A stretch of 44,505 nucleotides of DNA from Mycoplasmatota bacterium (GTDB lineage Bacteria > Bacillota_I > Bacilli_A > RF39 > UBA660). The translations under genes were made by a program, and so were the position numbers. Positions 1 to 10,401 of the stretch are shown here, in pieces; position 1 is the stretch's first letter; every line of letters starts with the position of its first letter. Below the pieces are notes generated by a model that had not been told where the DNA came from, ran no database searches, and saw only the letters and a list, made by a program, of their open reading frames with translations. The stretch lies in assembly GCA_012727915.1 (NCBI GenBank), contig JAAYGD010000037.1:1-44505 (forward strand), written 5' to 3'.

Positions 1-1041
1 AACCGTCACCGTTCCGTTTGTTACAGCTGTCAACAATCCTGTCGTGCTGATTGTTGCTATGGTGTTGTTTGTTACTGACCATGTTACTGCCTTGTTGCTA
101 GCGTTACTAGGACCTACAAGAGCGCTCATCTGCAGTGTTCCAGCATTAGTTTCTATTGTTGTTGCACTACCATCTCCTGTAACGGTAATAGCACTAACAA
201 TAATAACTTTTACCGTAAATTTAATTGTGTAAGTTGTTTTTGTTCGATTTTCTGCTGTTACTACTATTTTTGTTGTTCCTGGTAAAGTAGTTGCATTTGT
301 TACTAACGTTGTAGCTTTTATATCTGTTAGTTCTACTTCGATTGTTGGAACGACAATAGTTCCCGCTTCTAACTCTACATCATAAGTTAATGTAGACATA
401 GAAAAACCAAGTAATTCTATACCGTTTATTTTTATTTTATTTAATGTTGAATCTGAACTTTTTACGTATGGTGATATCGTTACTTCTTTTGAAGTTCCTG
501 CATTAAAACCGGTTTTCGCTGCATATCTCACTTGATAAGTTCCAGTTGACAAACCAGTTATTTCAGATCCTAATATTTTTTTCCATTCAGTTGATGTTTT
601 CAATTTATATTCCATTTGAACAGTTGTTCCTGTAATTTTGCCATCATTATTAGCAGTTGATGTTGGCGCAACCCCTACTAATGCTTCTATAGGAGCATCT
701 TGTGCTTTATTTAATGAAACTGTATTTGTATATTGTATATTAAATGTAGTTGGTAACTCACTTGGTGATAATATCTTTTTTGTAATGGTATTAATCCATT
801 CACCTTCTACATTTTTATAAAGGATAATCATATCCTTTTCTGAATCACCTTCAATAGTCTTTGCCGCCAACATTATTCTCTCTGTTGTCATTGGCATATC
901 TATTGTAAACTCATGAGTTCCAATAATATATGTTATATTATCAAAATCACTAGGTTTTCTATCTAATGCATTTATATTTAATATTCCAAAAATAATAAAT
1001 AGGAATAAAAAGGAAGTTAATGTAATCGTTATTTTTTTCAT
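1..1041 (-). CDS. Secreted/surface protein with Ig-like domains (cadherin-like beta-sandwich and Big_2); runs off the left window edge
   Basis: Not in the ORF track because it has no stop inside the window. Read manually: RBS AGAGGAGA, ATG at 1041, then MKKITITLTSFLFLFIIFGILNINA (signal peptide-like), SSDSTLNKIKING...IVVTAENRTKTTYTI (cadherin-like) and VGPSNASNKAVTWSVTNNTIATISTTGLLTAV (Big_2-like). Confidence 0.8.
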   Translation of the reverse strand, partial: MKKITITLTSFLFLFIIFGILNINALDRKPSDFDNITYIIGTHEFTIDMPMTTERIMLAAKTIEGDSEKDMIILYKNVEGEWINTITKKILSPSELPTTFNIQYTNTVSLNKAQDAPIEALVGVAPTSTANNDGKITGTTVQMEYKLKTSTEWKKILGSEITGLSTGTYQVRYAAKTGFNAGTSKEVTISPYVKSSDSTLNKIKINGIELLGFSMSTLTYDVELEAGTIVVPTIEVELTDIKATTLVTNATTLPGTTKIVVTAENRTKTTYTIKFTVKVIIVSAITVTGDGSATTIETNAGTLQMSALVGPSNASNKAVTWSVTNNTIATISTTGLLTAVTNGTVTV

Positions 1042-1051
1042 AATTTCTCCT

Positions 1052-2029
1052 CTACTTACTTATACTAACTATAGTTCCATCATTTAATTTAACTTTTGAT
1101 ATTTTAGAATAATCCGTTTCATCCGCTAATATAGTGTCATGTTCTTCATGATATATTCCTATTAATCTTTCATCACTAGTCAGTACTGATTTAGCACCAA
1201 CTACTATATTATTCTTCTTAACAGTTACTTTTACTTGTGGTGAGTGTTCTTGGAAGAACGATTTTTCTATTGTATATAAATCTTCTTCCCATTTAGCAGT
1301 TAATGTAATGTTATTATTTATATAAGTATTAAAGTTAAATTCTTTATTATTTAAAAACCAACCTTTAAATACATATCCTTTTCTTGATGGATCTTTAGGT
1401 TTAGAAACTCTATAACCACTTGTTAGAGTTACATTATTTACTAAACTTCCTCCATTACTATTAAATTTAACTATTAATTTGTTATTCGTATTAAGTGTTT
1501 CTTCTTTCTTTTTCCAGTTTGCTATTAAAGTAATGTCTTCTTTTATTAAAGTATTAAAATCATATTCTTTACCATTTAATTGCCATGATATAAATTCATA
1601 TCCTTCTTTTTTAGGATTAGTAGGTTTCAATAGTTTTTTTCCTTCTTCTACTTTCATAGATGAAACTATACTACCAGAATCAGTATCAAAATTAACAGTA
1701 TATTTCACAACTGTATCTTCATCAATCTTTTTCCATTTCGCTACAAGAGTTAATTTATCTGTAACTGGAGTATCAAAATCAAATAGTTCATCGTTTACAT
1801 ACCATCCATCAAACTCATATCCTTCTTTAACCGGTTCTTTTTTAGGTTTAACTATTTTACCGTCTTTTACTACAAATTGAGTATTAAACTTAGATCCCCC
1901 ATCTGTGTCAAATTGTACTTTTACATTGTTATTGTTTCTAAATAACAAAAATAAAACTACAAGAACACCAACTAGTAATAATCCCCATAATATCTTTTTA
2001 TTGAATGTTTCTTCTTTTTTCTTTTTCAT
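1052..2029 (-). CDS. Membrane-anchored protein with three InlB B-repeat / Listeria-Bacteroides (Flg_new) repeats
   Basis: N-terminal TM (ILWGLLLVGVLVVLFLLF) and three repeats of V.FdtdGGS...KP..P.keGY.F.gW.ln...fdFnT.i....TL.AkW. Start moved from the track's TTG at 2080 to ATG 2029, which follows the RBS AAGAAAGGA. Confidence 0.85.
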   Translation of the reverse strand: MKKKKEETFNKKILWGLLLVGVLVVLFLLFRNNNNVKVQFDTDGGSKFNTQFVVKDGKIVKPKKEPVKEGYEFDGWYVNDELFDFDTPVTDKLTLVAKWKKIDEDTVVKYTVNFDTDSGSIVSSMKVEEGKKLLKPTNPKKEGYEFISWQLNGKEYDFNTLIKEDITLIANWKKKEETLNTNNKLIVKFNSNGGSLVNNVTLTSGYRVSKPKDPSRKGYVFKGWFLNNKEFNFNTYINNNITLTAKWEEDLYTIEKSFFQEHSPQVKVTVKKNNIVVGAKSVLTSDERLIGIYHEEHDTILADETDYSKISKVKLNDGTIVSISK

Positions 2030-2080
2030 ATTATTTCCTTTCTTATAATTAAATGGCAAGAAGTTCTTCTCACTATTCAA

Positions 2081-2108
2081 ATTATAACAAAAATATCTTT
2101 ATTTACAA
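2081..2108 (-). promoter_or_regulatory. Putative sigma-A promoter for the surface-protein genes
   Basis: Minus strand TTGTAA (2108-2103), 16 nt, TATAAT (2086-2081), with an extended TG. Confidence 0.45.
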
Positions 2109-2133
2109 TACATTCTTTATTTTTAATATAAAA

Positions 2134-2155
2134 AATAAAGCTTAAAAGCTTTATT
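2134..2155 (-). terminator. Putative intrinsic terminator after tRNA-Arg
   Basis: Inverted repeat aataaagct-taaa-agctttatt, followed on the minus strand by a T run. Confidence 0.5.
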
Positions 2156-2171
2156 CTTATTAATAAATTAA

Positions 2172-2248
2172 TGGCGTCCTTGATTGGAATCGAACCAACG
2201 ACCTACCCCTTAGGAGGGGGTTGCTCTATCCTACTGAGCTACAAGGAC
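2172..2248 (-). tRNA. tRNA-Arg (anticodon CCT)
   Basis: Reverse complement GTCCTTGTAGCTCAGTAGGATAGAGCAACCCCCTCCTAAGGGGTAGGTCGTTGGTTCGATTCCAATCAAGGACGCCA: paired acceptor stem, loop CT-CCT-AA, GTTCGA T-loop, encoded CCA. Confidence 0.95.
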
Positions 2249-2282
2249 ACAAAGACATTATATAAAAAAACACATTAAAAGT

Positions 2283-2804
2283 CTATTTTAATGTGCTAAA
2301 TAATATAATAAATGAAGGTATTACTTTAGATAAAACTTTATAATTGAATAGTGATTTTGCTTTTAAAATAAATTCAAATACTCCTATAACTTTATCTATA
2401 AAGGATACTAAGAAAGATTCTTTATATTTAGGAATTGTAAATACTACTGGAAACATATGTTTATAAATAATATCTTTTTCTAAATCATTTAATTTAAAAT
2501 ATTTATTTGAATTATTTAAAGCTATATTATGATGATTTAACGCTAAATTATAAGACTCTTTACTAAAACTCTTTCCATTAGTATCAGCATAAAAAAAATC
2601 ATGTAAAATTCCACCTCTAGCAACACTAACATAATCTAAATTATATTTCTTTGCTATTAAATAAGAATAATAAGAAACCTTAATCGAATGATCAAGTTTC
2701 TTTAATCCATGATGTAATGTATTTTGTGTTTTAATAAAATTTTTGTTTTTTATAATTGAATCTATTATATTTATAAAATCAATGTCATTATATATATGTT
2801 CCAT
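2283..2804 (-). CDS. HD-domain phosphohydrolase family protein
   Basis: HH...HSIKVS...RGGILHDFF...HH...HMFP...DK motif set typical of small Firmicutes HD proteins. Confidence 0.85.
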   Translation of the reverse strand: MEHIYNDIDFINIIDSIIKNKNFIKTQNTLHHGLKKLDHSIKVSYYSYLIAKKYNLDYVSVARGGILHDFFYADTNGKSFSKESYNLALNHHNIALNNSNKYFKLNDLEKDIIYKHMFPVVFTIPKYKESFLVSFIDKVIGVFEFILKAKSLFNYKVLSKVIPSFIILFSTLK

Positions 2805-2857
2805 TATTTCACTCTCTCTAATTTAAAAAAATCTAAATTCAATATTAACACTTTAGA

Positions 2858-4132
2858 CTACTTTTGTCTATCATTTTTTATAACTAATGATGAGCTATTG
2901 TCAAATTGTAAAGTATTATAAAATTCTACAAATTCTTCATAATCTAATTCATTATATATATCTATAATATCTTCACATGGATAACCATAATCTATTATTG
3001 AACCCAAAATATAATCATTAACATCATTATGGTCTTCAAAATAATATATTATATTACTTATTAATTTTTTCTTAAATCTATTAAAATATTCTTTACTTAG
3101 TTTTAAACTATTAAATTTATCTTTAATATCAGTTAACAATACTTCGGGAACAGTAGTTTCAGCCATTATATATGCCAAATAATAATCATCAAAATCAGTA
3201 AACATTAAACCAAAGGGTGATAAAACTTTTTTGTTTTTTAAACAAGCATAGTAAAAATCTGATATCATATCAAAGTTTTCTAAAAATATTAATTGAAAAT
3301 AAATTGATTGTTTAATCTTATTTAAATTAGTTTTTAACCTAGATTTAATTCCATAAGAAATCATTGGAGTACTAACATTCATATTAATAGTTTCATATTC
3401 TTTGAACACTTTTTCATCTTCAATATATTTTTTTAATTCATACTCTTTATTTTCAAATTTCTTATTATTTTGATTATCTTTTATTATTTTTATAGTATCT
3501 TCAACATCAATATTACCTGTAATTAACAAGTACATATTATTAGGTGAATAAAAAGTATAATAACAATCTTCTAACATTTCTTTAGTAATCTTTTTTATAT
3601 CCTCTACAGTACCTGCGATATCATATTTAATTGGATGATTATTTACTAAATTAAATCTATTTACTTCATGCAATCTATAATAAGGATCATCTAAATACAT
3701 ATATATTTCTTGTTCTATTATTCCTTTTTCTTTTTCAACGTTTTCATAAGTTAAATGTGGTTTTTGAACAAAATCAATCAAATAATTTAAATTATCATTA
3801 TACTCTTCTTGACCTTCAATTAAGTAATTAGTTACATTATAAGAAGTAAAAGCATTAGATTTTGTACCGCTTTTAGAAAAATATTCCATTGCTGATTCTT
3901 TTTCGGATTCAAATAATTTGTGTTCTAAAAAATGTGCTATACCTAAAGGATAATTCTTATATTTCAATTCATATTTATATTTAAAATCATTATAAATACT
4001 TCCATATTTAGTAAAAAAAGAAACATGATAAGTATTGGTTTTAGAAGTAGGATATAAATATACATTTAATCCATTGTCTAGTTTTTCATGATATATAAAT
4101 TCATTTAATTTTTTAAATTCAATTTTTTTCAT
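2858..4132 (-). CDS. M16 family zinc peptidase (YmfH-like, active subunit)
   Basis: GIAHFLEHKLF (HxxEH), NAFTS, KEKGIIEQEI. Start set at MKKIEF, after GGAG. Confidence 0.9.
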   Translation of the reverse strand: MKKIEFKKLNEFIYHEKLDNGLNVYLYPTSKTNTYHVSFFTKYGSIYNDFKYKYELKYKNYPLGIAHFLEHKLFESEKESAMEYFSKSGTKSNAFTSYNVTNYLIEGQEEYNDNLNYLIDFVQKPHLTYENVEKEKGIIEQEIYMYLDDPYYRLHEVNRFNLVNNHPIKYDIAGTVEDIKKITKEMLEDCYYTFYSPNNMYLLITGNIDVEDTIKIIKDNQNNKKFENKEYELKKYIEDEKVFKEYETINMNVSTPMISYGIKSRLKTNLNKIKQSIYFQLIFLENFDMISDFYYACLKNKKVLSPFGLMFTDFDDYYLAYIMAETTVPEVLLTDIKDKFNSLKLSKEYFNRFKKKLISNIIYYFEDHNDVNDYILGSIIDYGYPCEDIIDIYNELDYEEFVEFYNTLQFDNSSSLVIKNDRQK

Positions 4133-5363
4133 TATTAACTCCATATAAAAGTACAGTATCTATAAAAACTCTATTAGATAATAACTCAATGTCCTCTTTT
4201 TTTATAATATTTAACTCATTTAAAATATTTTCTATATCCCTGGGATAATTTAACAATTCATTAGGATAAATATAGTTGATAATATCTGTAGGATTATAAT
4301 AAGTATTTTTTAATAATGAAATATATAATTTCTTTGAAGCATTAAACTCTTCATCAGTTATAACTTTCATATTATTAATTTGTTCTTTTATGATTGATAA
4401 TACTTGTTTATATTTATTACCATCTATTCCAGATTCTATTATAAAAATTGAATCAGTCTCTCTTTTAGCGTTTGAATAATACGCAAGTGAATTCTTTTCC
4501 CTAACCTCTCTAAATAGTTTAGAACTAGAACCAACTCCTAATATTAATCTATATAAAGTAAATAAAACAGATTCTTGTTTTTCATCATAATTTAATATTT
4601 TTAATCCAATCTCTAATTTAGATTGAGATATACTCTTATCTTCAATAAATATTTCCTTTGTTTCATTTCTTTTTGAATAATTAGGAATATATAATTTTGA
4701 ATATCTATTATTATTTATAAATAAACCTTTTAACTCTTTTTCATAAAAATTATTATCTATATTTCCTACAACTACAATATCTATTTGATCCTTTTCTATT
4801 ATATCTTTATATAAACTTTTAATATTACTTAAATTAATACTATTAAAGTCTTCTAAATATCCCAAAAAATTATAAGATAAAATATTACCTGACTCCATAT
4901 TATTTAATAACTCTTGTTTTGCAAACTTCTTTTTATTATTATAAAAAGATAAAAGATCGGATTCTACTATTGATTTTACTTCGTTCAAATACTCTTCATT
5001 ATCAAAATTAGGATTAAACAATATTTCTTTAATAAACTCTATACCATCTTTTTCCATATTTATATCCGAATATTTAGGATCTAAAAATTTAATATTTATT
5101 ATATCTTGCCTATATAAAGAAGGTTCAGGTCCAAATGAATAATTCATATGTAAATTATATAAATCTTCTTTCTTTTCTATTAATGATTTATAATCATATT
5201 TCTTTGTACTATATAGCATTAATTCAAATAATATACGAATAATAGTAATTTCTTCTCTTTTAAATTCTCTTCTAAAATTAATACTTATATTTATAGTTTT
5301 AAATATATCTGTATTAATAGTATGTAATACTAATTTATCTATTTCAATTCTTTTATAATTCAT
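4119..5363 (-). CDS. M16 family peptidase-like inactive partner subunit (YmfF-like)
   Basis: SKLFREVREKNSLAYY motif, no HxxEH, overlaps its active partner gene. Confidence 0.85.
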   Translation of the reverse strand: MNYKRIEIDKLVLHTINTDIFKTINISINFRREFKREEITIIRILFELMLYSTKKYDYKSLIEKKEDLYNLHMNYSFGPEPSLYRQDIINIKFLDPKYSDINMEKDGIEFIKEILFNPNFDNEEYLNEVKSIVESDLLSFYNNKKKFAKQELLNNMESGNILSYNFLGYLEDFNSINLSNIKSLYKDIIEKDQIDIVVVGNIDNNFYEKELKGLFINNNRYSKLYIPNYSKRNETKEIFIEDKSISQSKLEIGLKILNYDEKQESVLFTLYRLILGVGSSSKLFREVREKNSLAYYSNAKRETDSIFIIESGIDGNKYKQVLSIIKEQINNMKVITDEEFNASKKLYISLLKNTYYNPTDIINYIYPNELLNYPRDIENILNELNIIKKEDIELLSNRVFIDTVLLYGVNNEKN

Positions 5364-6071
5364 TTATTCTCCTATGTTTAAAATTGATTCTAAGGCCAAA
5401 ATAATCATCATATTAAGAGATTTCTCTCTTTCTTCTTGTGATAATACTAAATCATGATTAATTGAATCTGATACCGTTATAATGGCTGAAGCATTCTTAT
5501 TTAATAATCTAGCATTAGAAAATAATGCAAACGTTTCCATTTCTACTCCAAGACAATTATATTTATCAATCAATTCAGTATTATTTGTTTCTTTATAAAA
5601 AACATCACTACAATGAATATTTCCTCTTAATATATTAATATCCTTTTCTTTGGCTTTTTCCTCTATTAATTTATTTAAATAATCAGATGATTTAACAATA
5701 TCTAAATTATAATCATCCAATACTTTAGCGTAAGTAGATTCACTACAACTATTATCTACCAATATTACATCCATAAGTTTTAAATCTTTATAAGCACCAC
5801 AGGTCCCTATTCTAATAATATAATCAACATCATAAAACTTATATAATTCATATGAATAAATTCCCATACTAGGATTACCCATTCCAGAACCTATTACTGT
5901 TATCTTTTTACCTTTATAATATCCAGTATATCCAAGCATATTTCTAACATCATTTATTTCTATTGAATTTTCCAAATAATTATCAGAAATATATTTTGCT
6001 CTCAATGGGTCTCCTGGCATTAATACTATATTTGAAATGTCCTCTTTTTTAAATTCTAAATGTGGGGTCAT
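5364..6071 (-). CDS. deoD: Purine-nucleoside phosphorylase (DeoD type)
   Basis: MTPH, VLMPGDPLRAKYI, RNMLGYTG, GMG.PSMGIYSYEL, RIGTCG, VEME. Confidence 0.95.
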   Translation of the reverse strand: MTPHLEFKKEDISNIVLMPGDPLRAKYISDNYLENSIEINDVRNMLGYTGYYKGKKITVIGSGMGNPSMGIYSYELYKFYDVDYIIRIGTCGAYKDLKLMDVILVDNSCSESTYAKVLDDYNLDIVKSSDYLNKLIEEKAKEKDINILRGNIHCSDVFYKETNNTELIDKYNCLGVEMETFALFSNARLLNKNASAIITVSDSINHDLVLSQEEREKSLNMMIILALESILNIGE

Positions 6072-6155
6072 ATTACCTCCTTATTAATTAAATACATCTA
6101 TAAATATGTTATCATTTATAACATAAATAAAAAAGAATATAAAGTTTGTTTTACA

Positions 6156-8456
6156 TTATTTTCCAAACATGATTTTGTAAACATCTTTATAATCTTTAAC
6201 TAAATGATATTTAATTTTCTCTTTTAAATAATCAGGTAATTCATTTAAATCTCTTTCATTATTATAAGGAATAATAATTTCTTTTATACCACTCCTATTA
6301 GCACCCAAACTCTTTTCTTTTAATCCACCAATTGGTAGAACATTACCTCTTAAAGTAATTTCTCCAGTCATAGCTATTTCTTTATTTATAGGTTTATTTG
6401 TAAATGCACTAATTAAAGCTGTTGTAAGAGTTATACCTGCACTTGGTCCTTCTTTAGGAATAGCTCCTTCAGGTATATGAATGTGAATATCACTATTTTG
6501 TAATAATTCATAATCTATCTTAAAATCTTTATGATGACTCTTTATATAACTAAGCGCAATTTGAGCTGATTCCTTCATTATTTCACCTAAAGAACCCGTT
6601 AATAACAAATTTCCTTTACCTTGATAATAAGTAATTTCTATAGGTAATATATCACCACCAAAGTCAGTATACGCTAAACCTACAGCAACTCCAACTTCTC
6701 TCTTAGAATCTTTTTCTCCAAAAAAATACTTCTTTTTTCCTAAATAATGTTCAACTTTAGAACTAATAATATTAGTATTAATTTCTTTTTTCTCTAATAT
6801 TTCAGTTGCTATCTTTCTTAAAATAGTAGCAATATTCCTTTCTAATTCTCTAACTCCCGCTTCCCTAGTATAATTTCTTATAATAGTTAGTATAGAATTA
6901 TTATCAAAAGTAATCTTGCTTTTTAATCCATGTTCTTCTAATTCTCTTGGTATTAAATGTTTTTTAGCAATATCTAATTTTTCAAATTCAGTATAACCTG
7001 ATAAATATATTATTTCTAATCTATCCCTTAAAGGCTCAGGTATTCTTGATAATTCATTAGCAGTTAATATAAATAGTGAATTAGATAAATCATATTCTTC
7101 ATCCAAATAATTATCATAGAAATATTTATTTTGTTCTTTATCTAATACTTCTAACAAAGCACTTGCAGGATCCCCTCTATAATCTCTTGTCATCTTATCT
7201 ATTTCATCTATTAAAAATACTGGGTTTGATGATTTAGCTTTTTTCATAGCTCCAATTATTCTTCCAGGATTAGCCCCAATATAAGTCCTTCTATGACCAA
7301 TAATATCAGCTTCATCATTAATTCCTCCAACTGATATTTTTACAAACTTTCTATTAATAGCTTTCGCTATACTTTTTGCTAAAGTTGTCTTACCAACACC
7401 AGGAGGGCCTACTAAACATATAATTGGAGTCTTTAAATCCTTACTCATTTGTCTAACTGCTAAAAATTCTATTATTCTAGTTTTTACTTTTTCCAACCCA
7501 GCATGAGTTTTATCTAAAGATTTTCTTACCTTTTTTAAATCAATTTCTTCTTTTGTAAAAACATTCCAAGGTAAAGATAACATCCAATCTATATAATCTC
7601 TAGTCATACCCATTTCCGGAGAATTAATATTCATCATATCATATCTATTTAATTCATTTAATAACCTTGTTTTAATCTTTTCATTAGCACTTAATTTATT
7701 TATTTCTTCTCTTAATTTTTCTATTTCATCATCTTTAACGTTTTTATCACCAAGTTCTTCTTTAATAATTCTAATCTTTTCCCTTAAAATAAATTCTTTT
7801 TGTGATTTATCTAATGTTTCACTTAATTTAACTTCTATTTTTTGTTCTATATCTAATATTTCTTCTTCTTTTCTTATATCTTCTATAATCATTATAGTTC
7901 TAGTATAAGGATTAGGAGTAATTAAATATTCTATTTTTCTTTCAATAGATAAAGGTAAAAAATTAGATACTAAATCCGCTATTTTAGATATACTATGTTC
8001 ATTATTTATTATACCTAATATACTATTACTTAAATAAGGTGCTCTAGACAAATACTTATCTAAATCAACTTCTATTTTTCTTATTAAAGCTTTTTCATCT
8101 TTTGGAGAAAGCGCAAATTGAGTTGTAGGTCTAATATTTGCTATTAAAAATTCTTTCTCTTTATAATACTTTTCAATATTTACTCTTTTAATACCTTCAA
8201 TAACAATTCTAGTTATATTTTCATTTATAGCTACATTTAATTTAATTTTACCTACAGTTGCAACATTAGGTAAATTTTTAAAATCTATAGTTTCTTCTAG
8301 TTGATCTATAGGAGTAATAATCAGTACTTCACTATTAAAATCATCTTCAGAATACTTTATAACTTTTTTATCTATATCATTTTTTATATCTATTCTAACT
8401 TCACAATGAGGAAGTAATACTTCACCTTTAAATATAATTATAGGAAGTGAATTCAT
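6156..8456 (-). CDS. lon: ATP-dependent Lon protease
   Basis: Walker A GPPGVGKT, GHRRTYIGANPG, Walker B FLIDEIDK, catalytic GPSAG and GGLKEK. Confidence 0.97.
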   Translation of the reverse strand: MNSLPIIIFKGEVLLPHCEVRIDIKNDIDKKVIKYSEDDFNSEVLIITPIDQLEETIDFKNLPNVATVGKIKLNVAINENITRIVIEGIKRVNIEKYYKEKEFLIANIRPTTQFALSPKDEKALIRKIEVDLDKYLSRAPYLSNSILGIINNEHSISKIADLVSNFLPLSIERKIEYLITPNPYTRTIMIIEDIRKEEEILDIEQKIEVKLSETLDKSQKEFILREKIRIIKEELGDKNVKDDEIEKLREEINKLSANEKIKTRLLNELNRYDMMNINSPEMGMTRDYIDWMLSLPWNVFTKEEIDLKKVRKSLDKTHAGLEKVKTRIIEFLAVRQMSKDLKTPIICLVGPPGVGKTTLAKSIAKAINRKFVKISVGGINDEADIIGHRRTYIGANPGRIIGAMKKAKSSNPVFLIDEIDKMTRDYRGDPASALLEVLDKEQNKYFYDNYLDEEYDLSNSLFILTANELSRIPEPLRDRLEIIYLSGYTEFEKLDIAKKHLIPRELEEHGLKSKITFDNNSILTIIRNYTREAGVRELERNIATILRKIATEILEKKEINTNIISSKVEHYLGKKKYFFGEKDSKREVGVAVGLAYTDFGGDILPIEITYYQGKGNLLLTGSLGEIMKESAQIALSYIKSHHKDFKIDYELLQNSDIHIHIPEGAIPKEGPSAGITLTTALISAFTNKPINKEIAMTGEITLRGNVLPIGGLKEKSLGANRSGIKEIIIPYNNERDLNELPDYLKEKIKYHLVKDYKDVYKIMFGK

Positions 8457-8557
8457 ATGTCCTCCTTTAAAAAGATTTAAGACTTATTATAAAAGAAAAA
8501 GTATCATTTGTCCATTAAAAATAACACTTTAATTAAAATATTTTTATAAAAAGAAAA

Positions 8558-8575
8558 AAGACATATTATTGTCTT
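8558..8575 (-). terminator. Putative weak intrinsic terminator after tig
   Basis: aagaca-tattat-tgtctt hairpin followed by a minus-strand T run. Confidence 0.35.
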
Positions 8576-9824
8576 ATTCCTTATTATTTTCTTTTAAGAA
8601 ATCTATTACTTTTTTAACTAATAAATCATGTTTCAAATAATCTTTACCACCCATAGCTTTTTCTACTTCTTCAGTAGACATTTGATATATTTTTGACATT
8701 TCTTCTAATTCTTTATCAACTTCTTTATCAGTTACTTTAATGTCTTCTAATTTAATTATTTCTTCTATTACTAATCTATATTTAACACTCTTTTCTGCTT
8801 CTTTTCCTAATTGCTTTCTTAAATCTTCCTCATTCATTTTAGTAAATTCTAAATATTGTTGTAAAGTAATACCTTGCATTTTTAATCTTTCTTCATAATT
8901 AGCAATCATTCTATCTATTTCTTGATTGATTAATTCTTCTGGAATATCTACTGTAACATTCTTATTAATTTCATCTAAAATTGAATCCACTAATTTATTA
9001 TCAGCATCCATTTCTTTCTTTTCAGTTAGATTTTCTTTTACCTTTTTATTTAAATCTTCTTCTGTTTTAACATTTTCCATTGCTAAATCTAAAATAAAAT
9101 CTTCATTTAATTCAGGTATTTGTTTGTTCTTAACTTCATGAATATTAACTTTAAATACAACTTCTTTGCCCTTTAAATTTTCAGCAGGATAATCTTCTGG
9201 AAATGTTACTTTAATATCTTTTTTATCATCAGTTTTTAAACCCACTAATTGTTCTTCAAATCCAGGAATAAAAGTTTTACTTCCTATTTCAAGAGGGAAA
9301 TTTTCTCCTTTTCCTCCTTCAAATGGTTTATCATCTTTAAAACCTTCAAAATCAATTACAACAGTATCTCCTAATTCAATTGTGCCTTCTTTAATTACTA
9401 TTTCTGCATATTGTTTTCTTAAATTTTCGATTTCTTCTTTCACTTCTTCTTTTGAAACTGATACTTTATCTTTTTTAACCTTTAACCCTTTATATTTTTT
9501 AATATTAATTTCTGGTGATTCAGTTACTGTAAAAGTTAACTCTAATCCTTTTTCATCTATTTTTTTAATATCTACTTTAGGTTGAACAATTGGCTTTAAA
9601 CCACTCTTTTCAACTTCTTCATAAGCATTTGGGATAGCGTCATTAACTGCATCCATATATAAAGATTCTATTCCATACTTTTTAATATAAATATCTCTAG
9701 GAATTTTTCCTTCTCTAAAACCATCTACTTTTTTTCCTTTAACATTTTTTTCAAAAGATTTAGTTAATAAATCTTCCCATTTTTTTCCTTCTATTTTAAC
9801 CGCTATTTCATGTACGTTTTTCAT
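8574..9824 (-). CDS. tig: Trigger factor
   Basis: DGFREGKIP ribosome-binding signature; FKBP domain IDFEG...FIPGFEEQLVG...VTFPEDY. Confidence 0.96.
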   Translation of the reverse strand: MKNVHEIAVKIEGKKWEDLLTKSFEKNVKGKKVDGFREGKIPRDIYIKKYGIESLYMDAVNDAIPNAYEEVEKSGLKPIVQPKVDIKKIDEKGLELTFTVTESPEINIKKYKGLKVKKDKVSVSKEEVKEEIENLRKQYAEIVIKEGTIELGDTVVIDFEGFKDDKPFEGGKGENFPLEIGSKTFIPGFEEQLVGLKTDDKKDIKVTFPEDYPAENLKGKEVVFKVNIHEVKNKQIPELNEDFILDLAMENVKTEEDLNKKVKENLTEKKEMDADNKLVDSILDEINKNVTVDIPEELINQEIDRMIANYEERLKMQGITLQQYLEFTKMNEEDLRKQLGKEAEKSVKYRLVIEEIIKLEDIKVTDKEVDKELEEMSKIYQMSTEEVEKAMGGKDYLKHDLLVKKVIDFLKENNKE

Positions 9825-9866
9825 TTTTCCTCCTCTATAATGAAAAGACTATTATAAATATAATAG

Positions 9867-10337
9867 TTACTTAACTTCCAATATTTCTATATCATATTTT
9901 CCATTAGGACTTTCTACTGTTGCTACCATTCCAGCTTTCTTTCCTAATATAGCTTTTGCAATAGGTGATTCATTTGATATTTTGTTTTCAAAAGGATCCG
10001 CTTCTATAGAACCCACTATTTTATAAGTATCCACATCTTCATCTTCTATATATCTAATTTCAACTGTAGAACCTATTCTAACCTTATCTGTAGACTTTTC
10101 TTCAATTATAGTAGCATTACCCACCATAAATTCTAATTCTTTTATTCTAGACTCTAAAAAGCCTTGTTCCTCTCTTGCAGCATGATACTCAGCATTTTCA
10201 GATAAGTCACCTAATTCTTTAGCTTCTTTAATTGATTTAATTACTTCAGGTCTTTTATCTAATTTTAAAACATTAAGTTCTTCCTTAAGTTCTTCCAATC
10301 CTTCTTTTGTTAAATAAATTTCTCTTTTTCCTGCCAT
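9867..10337 (-). CDS. greA: Transcription elongation factor GreA
   Basis: GDLSENAEYHAAREEQ and ISNESPIAKAILG. Confidence 0.97.
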   Translation of the reverse strand: MAGKREIYLTKEGLEELKEELNVLKLDKRPEVIKSIKEAKELGDLSENAEYHAAREEQGFLESRIKELEFMVGNATIIEEKSTDKVRIGSTVEIRYIEDEDVDTYKIVGSIEADPFENKISNESPIAKAILGKKAGMVATVESPNGKYDIEILEVK

Positions 10338-10401
10338 TTTTAATGCACTCTCCGTTCCTAATTCTTATACATATTACTATTAATTATTATTATTGTCAAT
10401 A

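Noticed and set aside
44..1880. Plus-strand ORFs 44-232, 638-820, 1479-1880 and similar antisense ORFs elsewhere (8926, 9382, 14873, 20298, 21169, 22968, 29426, 32175, 33720), plus the alternative-frame ORF at 40501
   Set aside because: Shadows of well-supported genes, with no motifs or RBS of their own.
4119..5363. M16 protein without HxxEH as a pseudogene
   Set aside because: Inactive/active M16 pairs (YmfF/YmfH) are the normal arrangement.
6436..6462. Lon motif PKEGPSAG instead of the common PKDGPSAG
   Set aside because: Conservative change; the catalytic Ser and Lys motifs are intact.
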